From: Sedimentisphaeraceae bacterium JB056
GTDB taxonomy: Bacteria; Planctomycetota; Phycisphaerae; Sedimentisphaerales; Sedimentisphaeraceae
DNA length: 64,000 bases
Direction of reading: 5' to 3'
NCBI GenBank assembly: GCA_044440125.1
Contig: JBITAJ010000022.1
Location: 224,001-288,000 of the forward strand
Shown: piece after piece, positions 9,737-19,706 of the stretch
How positions within the stretch are numbered: the stretch's first letter is position 1
Layout: every line of letters begins with the position of its first letter
The notes under the pieces: generated by a model
Database searches by the model: none
What the model was told of the DNA's origin: nothing
What the model saw: only the letters and a program-made list of their open reading frames with translations
Program-made: the position numbers and the translations under genes

Positions 9737-11627
9737 ACATCGTAAAGTCTATATAGTCAACATCGTCATCGCCACTGAGATCAGCTGTACACTCTGGACA
9801 ATTCTGATTGAGCCATTGATCAATAAGATCCTGAAGGTTTATCACAGCATTGGCAGCATCAGTGGTTATCATAAGATCTCGAAGCATTCCACCGCCAAGA
9901 CTGTTATTTGTAGTTAAACGCAGTCTCCTGTCATATATCTTGTAACTTCCGGCAGTCTGCGCGGTAAGAATAACATCCTTTGTCTTTGAAGGCGGAAGCA
10001 TCATTGAATACTGTTCTCTCGGGTATTTGTATTTATACCCGTCTTCGGCCACGACGTTCATATAGGAATTACTGATCATAGGCGCATGAGTTTCAAAACC
10101 TATATTGAGAAGCCTGACTAATACTCTCTGGCCTTCCTTACCCGCAAATATCTTCTTGTTCAATGCTGAATAAGGATGGCCGTTTATCATGAAATACTGA
10201 GGCTCATAGTCAACGCAGCTTTTGACAGCTTTATCAGGCCCGTAATTATCAGTGGCAACAGCTTCATGTATAACAGGGTCTATCTCGCTGAAGAGCAACG
10301 TCACATCACTATCATAGAATACACCGTAATACGCCTGTTTTGTCTCAACAGTCGGAAGCACGCCATCAAAAAGAGTATTCATAGCAGAGCCGCCGCTTGG
10401 TGTTACTGATGTCCCCAACGCCTTTACAATCAGACTGCCACCAACCATTCCATCACTGAAATCTGTCTCAGCTTTTGGAGCAAGAACCGTTCCCTTAGGG
10501 TCGCTGTTTGATATATCCAGAGAAACTGCTTCATAAAAATTATAAACTATCTTGGAAGATTGCGCATTATTCAAAGTTGTAACAAGATTACTAAATTGAA
10601 CATTGGTTCCACTAATATTTACAAGGGCTGTTGAGCCTAACGGAATATTAAAAACAAGCGATACAGCATTTGAAAAGTCAGTACCAGTAACGGAAAAAAC
10701 ATTAGTACTGTTATCTGTACCTGTCAGAGTCAAAACTGTCCCATTTAAATTCTCAGTTCCATTGGATGCAAGAGTACCCCAGAACTTGGATGCTTCAAGT
10801 AAATATGAATTAGCTGCTGAAATATCAAGCGGGCTTCTGTCACCAGTTATCATCTTGCCGTAATCAACAAGATTCAAATTAGCATCCCCAAACACATAAA
10901 GATGGCCTGCAGATGCGGAACCTACAGATCCCTCATCGTAAGAAGCAATATTTTCGCCTACAACAAGCTTTGCATCAGAACCGCTAAGTGTTGACGCTAC
11001 AGAAACATTTTGCAGTGAAGCACTGGCTCCTATAGCAGCACTACCCTCTATTGTGCTCTGAGATAGATAAGTATCTTCAAAGACAAGCATGTTATACATA
11101 CCAGCTGGACCCAAATTTTCTACCACAGCATCTTTTGTAACACTGCCGTATAACCCCATCTGCACCTGTATAACTGGATGACAGGCACTATGATAGAGGT
11201 ATGTTCCCGGCCTGAAATCAGACCAGTGATACACATATGCAATATTGTTATGAGCTGGTGCTTCATAGTTGAAAGAACGTATCCTGTCACGATTCTGATC
11301 ATCCGTAAATGAAACTGGCAGCACATAGCTGTTTTGCCCAATTACCATCATAGAGATCGGAACATCAAGGTTGTTGTCAATATATACAGTAAGCGAAGAA
11401 TCATTCTCCGGCACAGTAAGAGCCGGACCGGGTACCGAAACCGTACCGTCCATTGCGCCAAATGCCGAATCCTGAGCAAATCCCCACATGGTAACCTGCT
11501 GACCATCAGGCATGTTTACCACAGTTTCATCGGCACGAAGATAATAACTGATCGCCATAACAGGAGAGCTACATGCTAGAGCAATTAACAACAAAATCGT
11601 AAAGTTTGATATTTTTATTCTCATCAT
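9714..11627 (-). CDS. Multicopper-oxidase-like subunit (two cupredoxin domains, few Cu ligands) with inserted choice-of-anchor-A-like domain and C-terminal dockerin-like module
   Basis: MWGFA...PGP...GTYLYHS...QMGLYG cupredoxin, then an approximately 250-aa insert, then FMINGH...RLLNIG...VVAEDG cupredoxin. C-terminus ADLSGDDDVDYIDFTMFA. Confidence 0.8.
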   Translation of the reverse strand: MMRIKISNFTILLLIALACSSPVMAISYYLRADETVVNMPDGQQVTMWGFAQDSAFGAMDGTVSVPGPALTVPENDSSLTVYIDNNLDVPISMMVIGQNSYVLPVSFTDDQNRDRIRSFNYEAPAHNNIAYVYHWSDFRPGTYLYHSACHPVIQVQMGLYGSVTKDAVVENLGPAGMYNMLVFEDTYLSQSTIEGSAAIGASASLQNVSVASTLSGSDAKLVVGENIASYDEGSVGSASAGHLYVFGDANLNLVDYGKMITGDRSPLDISAANSYLLEASKFWGTLASNGTENLNGTVLTLTGTDNSTNVFSVTGTDFSNAVSLVFNIPLGSTALVNISGTNVQFSNLVTTLNNAQSSKIVYNFYEAVSLDISNSDPKGTVLAPKAETDFSDGMVGGSLIVKALGTSVTPSGGSAMNTLFDGVLPTVETKQAYYGVFYDSDVTLLFSEIDPVIHEAVATDNYGPDKAVKSCVDYEPQYFMINGHPYSALNKKIFAGKEGQRVLVRLLNIGFETHAPMISNSYMNVVAEDGYKYKYPREQYSMMLPPSKTKDVILTAQTAGSYKIYDRRLRLTTNNSLGGGMLRDLMITTDAANAVINLQDLIDQWLNQNCPECTADLSGDDDVDYIDFTMFAETYNN

Positions 11628-11636
11628 TATTTCTCC

Positions 11637-12893
11637 CTATTGTATCATTACGCCGTGGGGCTCAACAATAAGCATTGTCATCATCCCGCCGGGGAATATA
11701 TCATAATTAACCATTTCTTTTTCGTTATGCGAATGCCACATATAGAAATATCCGCCATTCACATTGAATCCGCCTTCTCCAGGAGGCAGACTTCCCATCG
11801 CTCCAAGGAACGGAGAACCACTATAGCTCGCTCCAAGAGCTATCTCCTTAACATCCGGCATTACAATCGGGAAAGGCTTGCCGTGATCAGGTGCATATTC
11901 TCCAGGTTCCATTGGATCTTCAGGAGAATGTCCATACATATCCCATCCAAGTTTTTCACCTGTCCAGGTGAATATTGCATCAGCCGTCTGGCCGGGAACA
12001 GAGGTCAGAGTAAAATCTGAAACACCCAAATCAGGTCCCCTGCCTTGTTTGCTTGAAAGCAATCTGCCATCTCGGGATATCTGCGTAAAATTGTTACCAT
12101 GTGTATGGAACGGATGCAAGTCTCGCCCGCCTCCAATAAACCTCAGCAGTATCCTGTCTCCGGGATGAAGTCGCGGCATACAGTTATAAGGCTGATTAGG
12201 CAAAAGCGGGCTGTTGTTCGGCAACATAGTATCAGGAGCACACCTACCATTAATAAACCACAGCACAGGCCAGTAACCAGCGAGATCAATATCATCCCAC
12301 TTACCAAGCTGTGCAAGCTCATGTATATCAGGATCCATTTCTGAAAGCAAGAAAAGAAACTCGTAATCGTAAGACGTATCGGCATGATCATAAGCCCAAT
12401 TCTCTCCCTGCGGCACATTTGCCGGCCTGATGATAAGAGCACCTATAAGCCCCATCTCTATCTGCAATTCAGGATTAGTACCGCTATTGTAAAGATATGT
12501 ACCTGGCTTATCAGCAACAAAAGTATACTGAGCAGTGCCTCCATTCGCAAGTGCCTCTGCCGTAATACTTCCATTCTGATCACCAGTAGAGTTTACATTT
12601 AACTGCCCGGGAAAGCTTATAGAGGTTGCAACATCAAGCTGATTCGTAAGATTTATCGTAACCATATCTCCCTGATTAACTTCTATAGTCGGCCCGGGAT
12701 ACTGCATTGTGCCGCCATTAAGAGCATAGCCAAACATGTAATACGAACCACCATCAGGTGTCTGTATATAACCGTCTTTTGCAGTGAGATTGAATGTCGT
12801 ACCAGTGACAGTCATTATCTTGGCGTTCGCAAAAGTTGCCATAATCAGGATAATCAATATTAATCCCGGTAACTTTATCGTTTTAATCTTCAT
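11637..12893 (-). CDS. Two-domain multicopper-oxidase-like subunit
   Basis: Signal peptide, QYPGPTIEV and GTYLY...EMGLIG. C-domain HPFHTHG and WHSH...M. Confidence 0.88.
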   Translation of the reverse strand: MKIKTIKLPGLILIILIMATFANAKIMTVTGTTFNLTAKDGYIQTPDGGSYYMFGYALNGGTMQYPGPTIEVNQGDMVTINLTNQLDVATSISFPGQLNVNSTGDQNGSITAEALANGGTAQYTFVADKPGTYLYNSGTNPELQIEMGLIGALIIRPANVPQGENWAYDHADTSYDYEFLFLLSEMDPDIHELAQLGKWDDIDLAGYWPVLWFINGRCAPDTMLPNNSPLLPNQPYNCMPRLHPGDRILLRFIGGGRDLHPFHTHGNNFTQISRDGRLLSSKQGRGPDLGVSDFTLTSVPGQTADAIFTWTGEKLGWDMYGHSPEDPMEPGEYAPDHGKPFPIVMPDVKEIALGASYSGSPFLGAMGSLPPGEGGFNVNGGYFYMWHSHNEKEMVNYDIFPGGMMTMLIVEPHGVMIQ

Positions 12894-12930
12894 AGAATTT
12901 CTCCTTTATATATTTCTCTAAATTCCTGAT

Positions 12931-14145
12931 TTACGGCGCTGCTAATCTGATCTCAGTCATCATACCACCAAAATCCTCTTTATCATTACTCAAATGATGA
13001 AGCTGAGATGCATAGAGCACATAAGTTCCGGGTTCAATACCTTCAGTTTCGAGGATAACATCAACTGCCTGGCCTCCACCGACGGTAACAGAATGAGTAA
13101 TATAACTCGTATCACGCCCGTCAGGGCCTCTCAGCAGCCTGGCTCCTTTGCCTACAACTCTCATTGGTATTCCAGGAACCTCAAGGGTATGGAATGAGGT
13201 TGTGGATAAACTCGATATTCTCAAAGCTATTTTATCCCCTACCGTTCCGGTTATAAGAGAATTGTAAGGTTGAGAAGGCCTGTCCATATAGCCCTCATCA
13301 CTTGCAGTATTCCACAACACATTGGTATCTACAGTATCCGGATAGCCTCGACCGTTGAGCATTGGATATTTGTCATCCATATTCGCGAAAGGCAACGGCT
13401 GCACATTCAAACTGGCGTCATGAAAAGCCGGATCAAATGCAGTTAGCTGCAATGGAAAATCCTCATCGTAATAGGTAGAGCCATCTTCATCATTGTAAAT
13501 ATAAGTATCACCCGTATTATGAGTGTACCCGTTCAACTCCGTACCGCCTGCAAGATTGTCCTGTTTCGGCAATACATAAAGCTGGCCCAACATACCCATC
13601 TGCATGTGCTCAGTGGCCTCAACATGGCAATGCCACATAAATGTGCCCGGCTCAACCACATTATAAAAATATGTAAAACTCGAACCCATATTCACCGAAA
13701 CTGATGCTCCTGGCACACCATCAAATATTGCTGCAGCGTTTGGGAATCCGTGCCAGTGTATCGTATGGGGATCAAACAGGTCGGGCCTACCCATCATTCC
13801 AACATTTGTTAGTGTAAGATAAAGCTTCTGTCCTTCTCTTACAACAATAGTTGGTGAAGGGAAAGTTGCTCCCATCATTTTCTCCATCATCACGTTCTCG
13901 TCGGGTATTCCTGTTGCATCACCAAAACCAAACATGTATTGAAGTTTGCCGTCAGCCATATTTACAAAGCCGTCACCAGCAGACATGTGCAGTCCAACGT
14001 TGTCATTATCAGGATCTCCATCTCCGTCAGTATCAATGCCATCGGTATCAGGATAAAACTGCGAATGAACTTCTGAATATCCCTTCCCGGCAAGAAACAG
14101 TAAACAGAGTAATCCGATCACCATCCAGTTGAATTTCTTCTCCAT
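12931..14145 (-). CDS. Two-domain multicopper-oxidase subunit with type-1 Cu site in the N-domain
   Basis: HTIHWHG and WHCHVEATEHMQMGM motifs, signal peptide, Asp-rich DTDGDGDPDND segment. Confidence 0.9.
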   Translation of the reverse strand: MEKKFNWMVIGLLCLLFLAGKGYSEVHSQFYPDTDGIDTDGDGDPDNDNVGLHMSAGDGFVNMADGKLQYMFGFGDATGIPDENVMMEKMMGATFPSPTIVVREGQKLYLTLTNVGMMGRPDLFDPHTIHWHGFPNAAAIFDGVPGASVSVNMGSSFTYFYNVVEPGTFMWHCHVEATEHMQMGMLGQLYVLPKQDNLAGGTELNGYTHNTGDTYIYNDEDGSTYYDEDFPLQLTAFDPAFHDASLNVQPLPFANMDDKYPMLNGRGYPDTVDTNVLWNTASDEGYMDRPSQPYNSLITGTVGDKIALRISSLSTTSFHTLEVPGIPMRVVGKGARLLRGPDGRDTSYITHSVTVGGGQAVDVILETEGIEPGTYVLYASQLHHLSNDKEDFGGMMTEIRLAAP

Positions 14146-14185
14146 TTTAGAGTTCTCCTTATATTAAATCGCAAAATCGCTCTTG

Positions 14186-17100
14186 TTAGTTAAATACACT
14201 GAACTGAGTAGCAAATATAGCATAATCGCTAAGATCGATAACGCCATCAGAATTCAGATCAGCAGAACACATGCAAACACCATTATAAGTTTCCAACCAG
14301 AATGATGCCAGTATCTGCAAGTCAACACTATCAATATCAAGGTCAATATCCATATCTGCAGTAAACGGACTCGAACTTGTCTCGTCAGCTCCGGCATCTA
14401 CAGGTATATCGCCAAGCGGCCTTCTCTGCTGATCGAAATCACAGAAAAGCTCCTGAACCGCGTCAACATATTCGCCGCCACCGACATTAACAGCAGCCGA
14501 ACCTATATTGAGGTGATAATCACCTTGCCTGTCTATTTCAAGATATCTCATAGTGATAAAGTTGCCTCCTTCATCAAGAACCGCTGATGCAACAAGTGTA
14601 TTATTGTACGGATCAACGAACTGCGGCAACCCCATGGCATTTCCGACGCTGTAATCATTACCCATTGAATCAGTGAGACTGCTAAGCAAACAATTCTCAG
14701 GATGCAGAGTTTGTGAAGGCATGGTCCTGTTTATTACTGCCATATCCCATATAGAATCATTGGTATTGATAGTAATATCACCTTGACCACCATTAAGAGA
14801 AGCATCCCAGTAAAATGAACGATTTCCTGTGATTATGTTATCAGCAAGTACCGGATCACTATATTGTTGCAAAGAAGCTACTGCCAAAAGCAGACTGTTC
14901 ATTGCAGAAGCCACACCTGCGGGCTGCGGATTTGATTGAGAAAGATTTCCGGCAGTAAACGCATTAGCCGCAGTCGCCGTACTGTCATTATTGGAAATGG
15001 TATTACTGATTATACGGCAATTGACCGTATCACTGAGGTATATACCACCGGCAGAATTGGCCGCTACGTTATTTACAACAATATTGTTATAGATATACAG
15101 TTTGTTCCACATCTCAGGTGATTCAATATTATCTATGACATCAAGGCCGTTCACAGCATCAGCACATATGCCGCCGCCATGACCGGAACCGGCAATATTG
15201 CCTTGTATCAGGTTAGCATTAACGACTACACTTCCGGTGCCGTCTCTGGCCTCAGCCGGATCTTCAACATTAGTTTCTGAACCAATGTAAATACCGCCGC
15301 CATCGCCGCCAATCTCTCCACCGTAGAACACTTCATTGAAGACTATCTGGTTACGGGCAATAAGACCGTTACTAATACCTGAGTGGCATATACCTGCACC
15401 TGAATAGCTTGAGAAGTTACCCATAATCAGGTTATCTGTGATTTCGTAACCATTGCTTGAATCATATACGGTAACGCCGCCACCACCGGTAACACCACCG
15501 TTCTTGAGAATATGGTTATCATATATCTTGACATTATCATTAGATGTAACACCGACTTCCTGCTGACCTATTACTATACCGCCGCCGAAAGTACCTTGAT
15601 TACTCTTAACTTTATTATTGCGTGCCTCGAAATAATGAGCATTGCCCGCAATATAAATACCGCTTCCAGATGAAGAGCCTGTTATCTGAAGACCGTCAAC
15701 CATTGCCGATCCGCCTTCCACAAATTCGCCTGGCATTGTATAAACAAGTATTCCAGGAATCGTCGCCGCATCGAATATTGCAGCACCTGTAGGTATCATA
15801 TTAGCAGCAAAAAGACTCTCAAGCCTTGCGTTCCAGTCGGCTGTTCTTTCAGACGGCACACTCATTGAATTAAGAATTGTCGATTCTGCGCCAGAACCCT
15901 GCAGTGTTACAGGTTTATAAACAATCGGACTCTCCCAGTAAGTGCCTGGTTCGATTATGATTAATGCACCATCTGATGCAGCATCTATAGCATCCTGTAT
16001 AGGAGTTGCAGGGTATTCGGCTCCTCCGCTTACATGAATTACGTTTCCGCATGCATCAACATGCAATGTCACACCAAGATCACTAACATTGCTGTTGTCA
16101 CCTCTGGTTACTTCTACCTTGCCGGTATCAATACTGGCAAAGCTTACAGTAGCTTCTATAGTCGAATTCGACCATGATGTTATATTTAGAGACTGTCCAC
16201 CGACAGTGACTGTACCTTGAACAGCACCAAAACCGAAATCTCTTTGGATAAGCTCCGGGAATGCCGGATTGTCCGGATCATAGTCAGGATTTGGAACCAT
16301 TTTGTCACCAACTGATGTAATTGTTACTGTTGCCCCGTCATTGCATATTATCGGACCGCCATCAGGACCTTCAACTGAATAAATCACAGGTGTTCCATCT
16401 GCCGGCTCAACATCAAGCTGTCTGTTAGGATACCCTACGAACGCCGCTACAGGGAACAGAGGAGTATCCAGATAAGTTGTTGCACCCGGCATAAACTGGA
16501 AGGTAAACGGAGACTGACTGTAATCAGGATCATAATATGGGTCTATTATCATCTGCCCAGGGTTCTGCGGGTCAGGAATAGGACCGGGATGATTAATGAC
16601 AAAAGTCAGCATCTGAGGTGACATTCCAGAAGGAGCCCCAAGACTATTAGTAAATGTCGACGGCAACATTGCATTATAAGCACCGAATTCATCGGAATAA
16701 ACGCGTGCAACTTCATTTCCTGCCCAATCCATAAATGAAATCGGAACCCATGAAGGAGCAGATTTCTCACCGAATATCGGACTGGTTGGATCAAACTCCG
16801 CCGCAAGATCATTGTTTATAAAACCTACTGCACGCGCTGCTTTGGGAACCTTCGTAAAGAAGAAGAACTCTACCGCAGCATTCTTTGCATCAGCCACAAT
16901 TATTTTCTTTCTATCAGGCAAAGGTCTTGTCTGGCCGGCAAAAGGAGCTTCTATAAGATCAGCCGGATCAATACCCGGAAGAGGTACTCCATTCTCATCA
17001 GTCTGAAAACTCATATATTGTGGAACTACGCGAGGCTCACCCACGCAAATAGGAGGCAAAGCCAAATAACTTGGCGTAAATTCATCACCAAAATCAACGT

Positions 17101-19327
17101 TTCTGTCCTCTTCTTTTACAAGGTCATAGCCCGGAGGAGTAATAGCTTCCACTATATATGCACCACCTGGCAAACCATCAACTTCTTGACTTCCCGAATC
17201 TCCACCTCCTGGAAAATATGAAGCAAAGGCATACCCACCGTCAAAAACACCAGGCTGAGCCTGATTCCACGTACCGAAATTATCAAATCCCGGTTCTACT
17301 TCCTGGCCATGTATAACCGGTAAAGTCTCATGTATAGCCCATGTCGGAGCACTGTCATCCCAACTATCCGTTGTGGTTACCTGTATAGCGTCACCATATT
17401 CAAAAATACCGTTATCATTGTGATCAACATCTTCAGGCCCCTTAGCTGCCGGCATATCCATCCATCCGAAAGGATAGTTGTCAACATCAGCAAGCGTTAC
17501 CTCGTTATCGCCATTCACATCATCAATGATATCATCAGCATTGACGTCTTGATATAAATTCAACTGTACTCGCGGAATACCCGGCTCCCATGGCTCTGCA
17601 GCAGAATATCGTGGATCATCCTCAGCACGGGTTACTGCATAATAAACCATACCAGATATTCCACCATTCTCTCCCTCACCGTAAAGATTTTTTCCCCACT
17701 GGAATATATTGTGCTGTCCAAGGAAAAGATGCATTGCACGGGTTAGAACTTCACCTGTTTCAGTAAATGAAAGATTGTTTCCTGTATTTGGGTTTATTAT
17801 AGGATTGCCTTGAGGATCATATTGCGGTTGAGGATTAAGAACATCGAATGAAGGCATATCCCAACCGTTATCGGCCGGTATTTCTCCGCCATAGTCAACG
17901 ACAGTCGTCAAACCGGTAGCTTTATAACGGGCGAAATCCACTTCGGTCACCAACCATTTAAAGAACGGGAAGACTTCTGTCAATTCATAGTCACCCATAG
18001 GGTCAGTTACAGTCGACTGGTATATAGTACCATCTCTGAATCGAATATTAATCGCCTGATCACGAATTCCCATCTCGCCTTCATCACGGAAGCCGTCTTC
18101 ATCAGTATCAAGAAAAACACTGCCTGAAAGAGAACCGAACCATCTGAAGCACAAAACATCACCTATATCAACGACACCACCTTCCTGAGGTATTGTTATC
18201 TGGCTGAAACCGAAAATCGAATCAAGGTTTTCATCCCATGTTACAAGCTCATAAGTACCTGGAGGCACATCTGATATAGTAAATGTACTATCGGAATTAC
18301 AAGGTGCGGTATAAAGCCCCTGACCGCTAAGAGAGTTCAAACCAACCCATCCACTTTCAACCAGTTCACCGGACCAATAGCCTTGAAGATAAGGCGGCCT
18401 GTCAAAATGGTTAAAAACAAGTTTTCCTGTAAGGTCACCTGTCGTCTCACCAGGATTATCAATAGTTTCAAGAGCATCAAATTGCTTTACAAAACCAAAG
18501 AAAGTATGATAGCCGGCAGGACCGAACTCAACAAAGAAAGGCGGTTCATTGGCCTTAACCCAAGCATCAACCGTTGGAGTACCCTCTATAGTACTTGTTT
18601 GTATCCAGCCCGTATCACCAGCTGGTGGTATAACAACGACACCAAATTTGCCGGGAGGCAAATTCTTTATAGTTAATTCACCGTTAGCATCTGTTCGGGG
18701 AACCATATCACCCATCATTTCGACAATCGGATTTCCATCTTCATCAAAGATAAAATCACCATTTTCATCTTTTTGATAGGTTGTTCCGAGCATATTCCCA
18801 AACGCATCAAGCATTTGCTGACCGGCAATATCACTGATAACTACACCAAAACCCTCCAAACCCTGCTCTCCATCATCGGGAGCATTGTTTATAGGGGCAT
18901 TATCGTGAAATACAAGGATAGTTATTTGAGCTGTCGGCAACGGCTCATCGTTAACGACAACCTCAACATCCGTCTGACCTATAGCTACATTTTTTCCGCT
19001 CATGCTGTAATCAACGTCAGGAAGCACCGAAAGCATATAACGCGTATCAGAAGACACATCTATTTGGGCAGTCGATGTGTCACTGCGGCCTTTCATTACT
19101 ACTGGAGCATAACTCTTATGTATGCTTACCGCCAGCGAGTCAGACACCTCCGCACCAGGGATGGTATTATGACTGGTATCCTCCTCCAGCAACCAAGAAA
19201 AACCATTAACCGGCGACCCCTGATTATCAACCAAATTAACGGTAAGTGCATAAGAAAGATGACAATAAAGGACACAAATCCCAATTATGGTCCTAACTAC
19301 ATTAGAACTTATTCTTTGATCAGACAT
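14186..19327 (-). CDS. Large secreted protein (1713 aa): SdrD-B/Ig-like repeats, IPT/TIG-like domain, right-handed beta-helix, C-terminal dockerin-like module
   Basis: SGSVFLDTDEDGFRDEGE (SdrD-B-like), FGAVQGTV...ITSWSNSTI (IPT-like), TPIQDAIDAA...IIEPGTY plus GGG/N-rich repeats (beta-helix), C-terminus ADLNSDGVIDLSDYAIFA. Confidence 0.8.
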   Translation of the reverse strand: MSDQRISSNVVRTIIGICVLYCHLSYALTVNLVDNQGSPVNGFSWLLEEDTSHNTIPGAEVSDSLAVSIHKSYAPVVMKGRSDTSTAQIDVSSDTRYMLSVLPDVDYSMSGKNVAIGQTDVEVVVNDEPLPTAQITILVFHDNAPINNAPDDGEQGLEGFGVVISDIAGQQMLDAFGNMLGTTYQKDENGDFIFDEDGNPIVEMMGDMVPRTDANGELTIKNLPPGKFGVVVIPPAGDTGWIQTSTIEGTPTVDAWVKANEPPFFVEFGPAGYHTFFGFVKQFDALETIDNPGETTGDLTGKLVFNHFDRPPYLQGYWSGELVESGWVGLNSLSGQGLYTAPCNSDSTFTISDVPPGTYELVTWDENLDSIFGFSQITIPQEGGVVDIGDVLCFRWFGSLSGSVFLDTDEDGFRDEGEMGIRDQAINIRFRDGTIYQSTVTDPMGDYELTEVFPFFKWLVTEVDFARYKATGLTTVVDYGGEIPADNGWDMPSFDVLNPQPQYDPQGNPIINPNTGNNLSFTETGEVLTRAMHLFLGQHNIFQWGKNLYGEGENGGISGMVYYAVTRAEDDPRYSAAEPWEPGIPRVQLNLYQDVNADDIIDDVNGDNEVTLADVDNYPFGWMDMPAAKGPEDVDHNDNGIFEYGDAIQVTTTDSWDDSAPTWAIHETLPVIHGQEVEPGFDNFGTWNQAQPGVFDGGYAFASYFPGGGDSGSQEVDGLPGGAYIVEAITPPGYDLVKEEDRNVDFGDEFTPSYLALPPICVGEPRVVPQYMSFQTDENGVPLPGIDPADLIEAPFAGQTRPLPDRKKIIVADAKNAAVEFFFFTKVPKAARAVGFINNDLAAEFDPTSPIFGEKSAPSWVPISFMDWAGNEVARVYSDEFGAYNAMLPSTFTNSLGAPSGMSPQMLTFVINHPGPIPDPQNPGQMIIDPYYDPDYSQSPFTFQFMPGATTYLDTPLFPVAAFVGYPNRQLDVEPADGTPVIYSVEGPDGGPIICNDGATVTITSVGDKMVPNPDYDPDNPAFPELIQRDFGFGAVQGTVTVGGQSLNITSWSNSTIEATVSFASIDTGKVEVTRGDNSNVSDLGVTLHVDACGNVIHVSGGAEYPATPIQDAIDAASDGALIIIEPGTYWESPIVYKPVTLQGSGAESTILNSMSVPSERTADWNARLESLFAANMIPTGAAIFDAATIPGILVYTMPGEFVEGGSAMVDGLQITGSSSGSGIYIAGNAHYFEARNNKVKSNQGTFGGGIVIGQQEVGVTSNDNVKIYDNHILKNGGVTGGGGVTVYDSSNGYEITDNLIMGNFSSYSGAGICHSGISNGLIARNQIVFNEVFYGGEIGGDGGGIYIGSETNVEDPAEARDGTGSVVVNANLIQGNIAGSGHGGGICADAVNGLDVIDNIESPEMWNKLYIYNNIVVNNVAANSAGGIYLSDTVNCRIISNTISNNDSTATAANAFTAGNLSQSNPQPAGVASAMNSLLLAVASLQQYSDPVLADNIITGNRSFYWDASLNGGQGDITINTNDSIWDMAVINRTMPSQTLHPENCLLSSLTDSMGNDYSVGNAMGLPQFVDPYNNTLVASAVLDEGGNFITMRYLEIDRQGDYHLNIGSAAVNVGGGEYVDAVQELFCDFDQQRRPLGDIPVDAGADETSSSPFTADMDIDLDIDSVDLQILASFWLETYNGVCMCSADLNSDGVIDLSDYAIFATQFSVFN

Positions 19328-19706
19328 TATATATTCTCCTTCACTAAAGACAATTTTATCCCTACATGATTAATGCATTGTATTAAAATAAATCATCAAA
19401 AACAATAAGGAGATTCCCTATTTTAGGTTGAGCTAAATGAAAAATTTGATGATATTATCATTTGATATTTTCCAAAACCACAAGCCTTTGCAGCTTTCCC
19501 AAAACCATCCTAATTAAGCATTAACTTGATACAACACAACAACTTACTACACTATCCAATCAAATGAAACCCACGACAAAATAGTAAATAATATAATCAG
19601 ATACCAAATTTGATTGAAATCTCGCCTAAAATAAAACTCTTAAAAAAACTTGCAATTTCCATACTTGTGTTCTAAAATTCTTCATAGGATAATTATGGAG
19701 AGAAAA

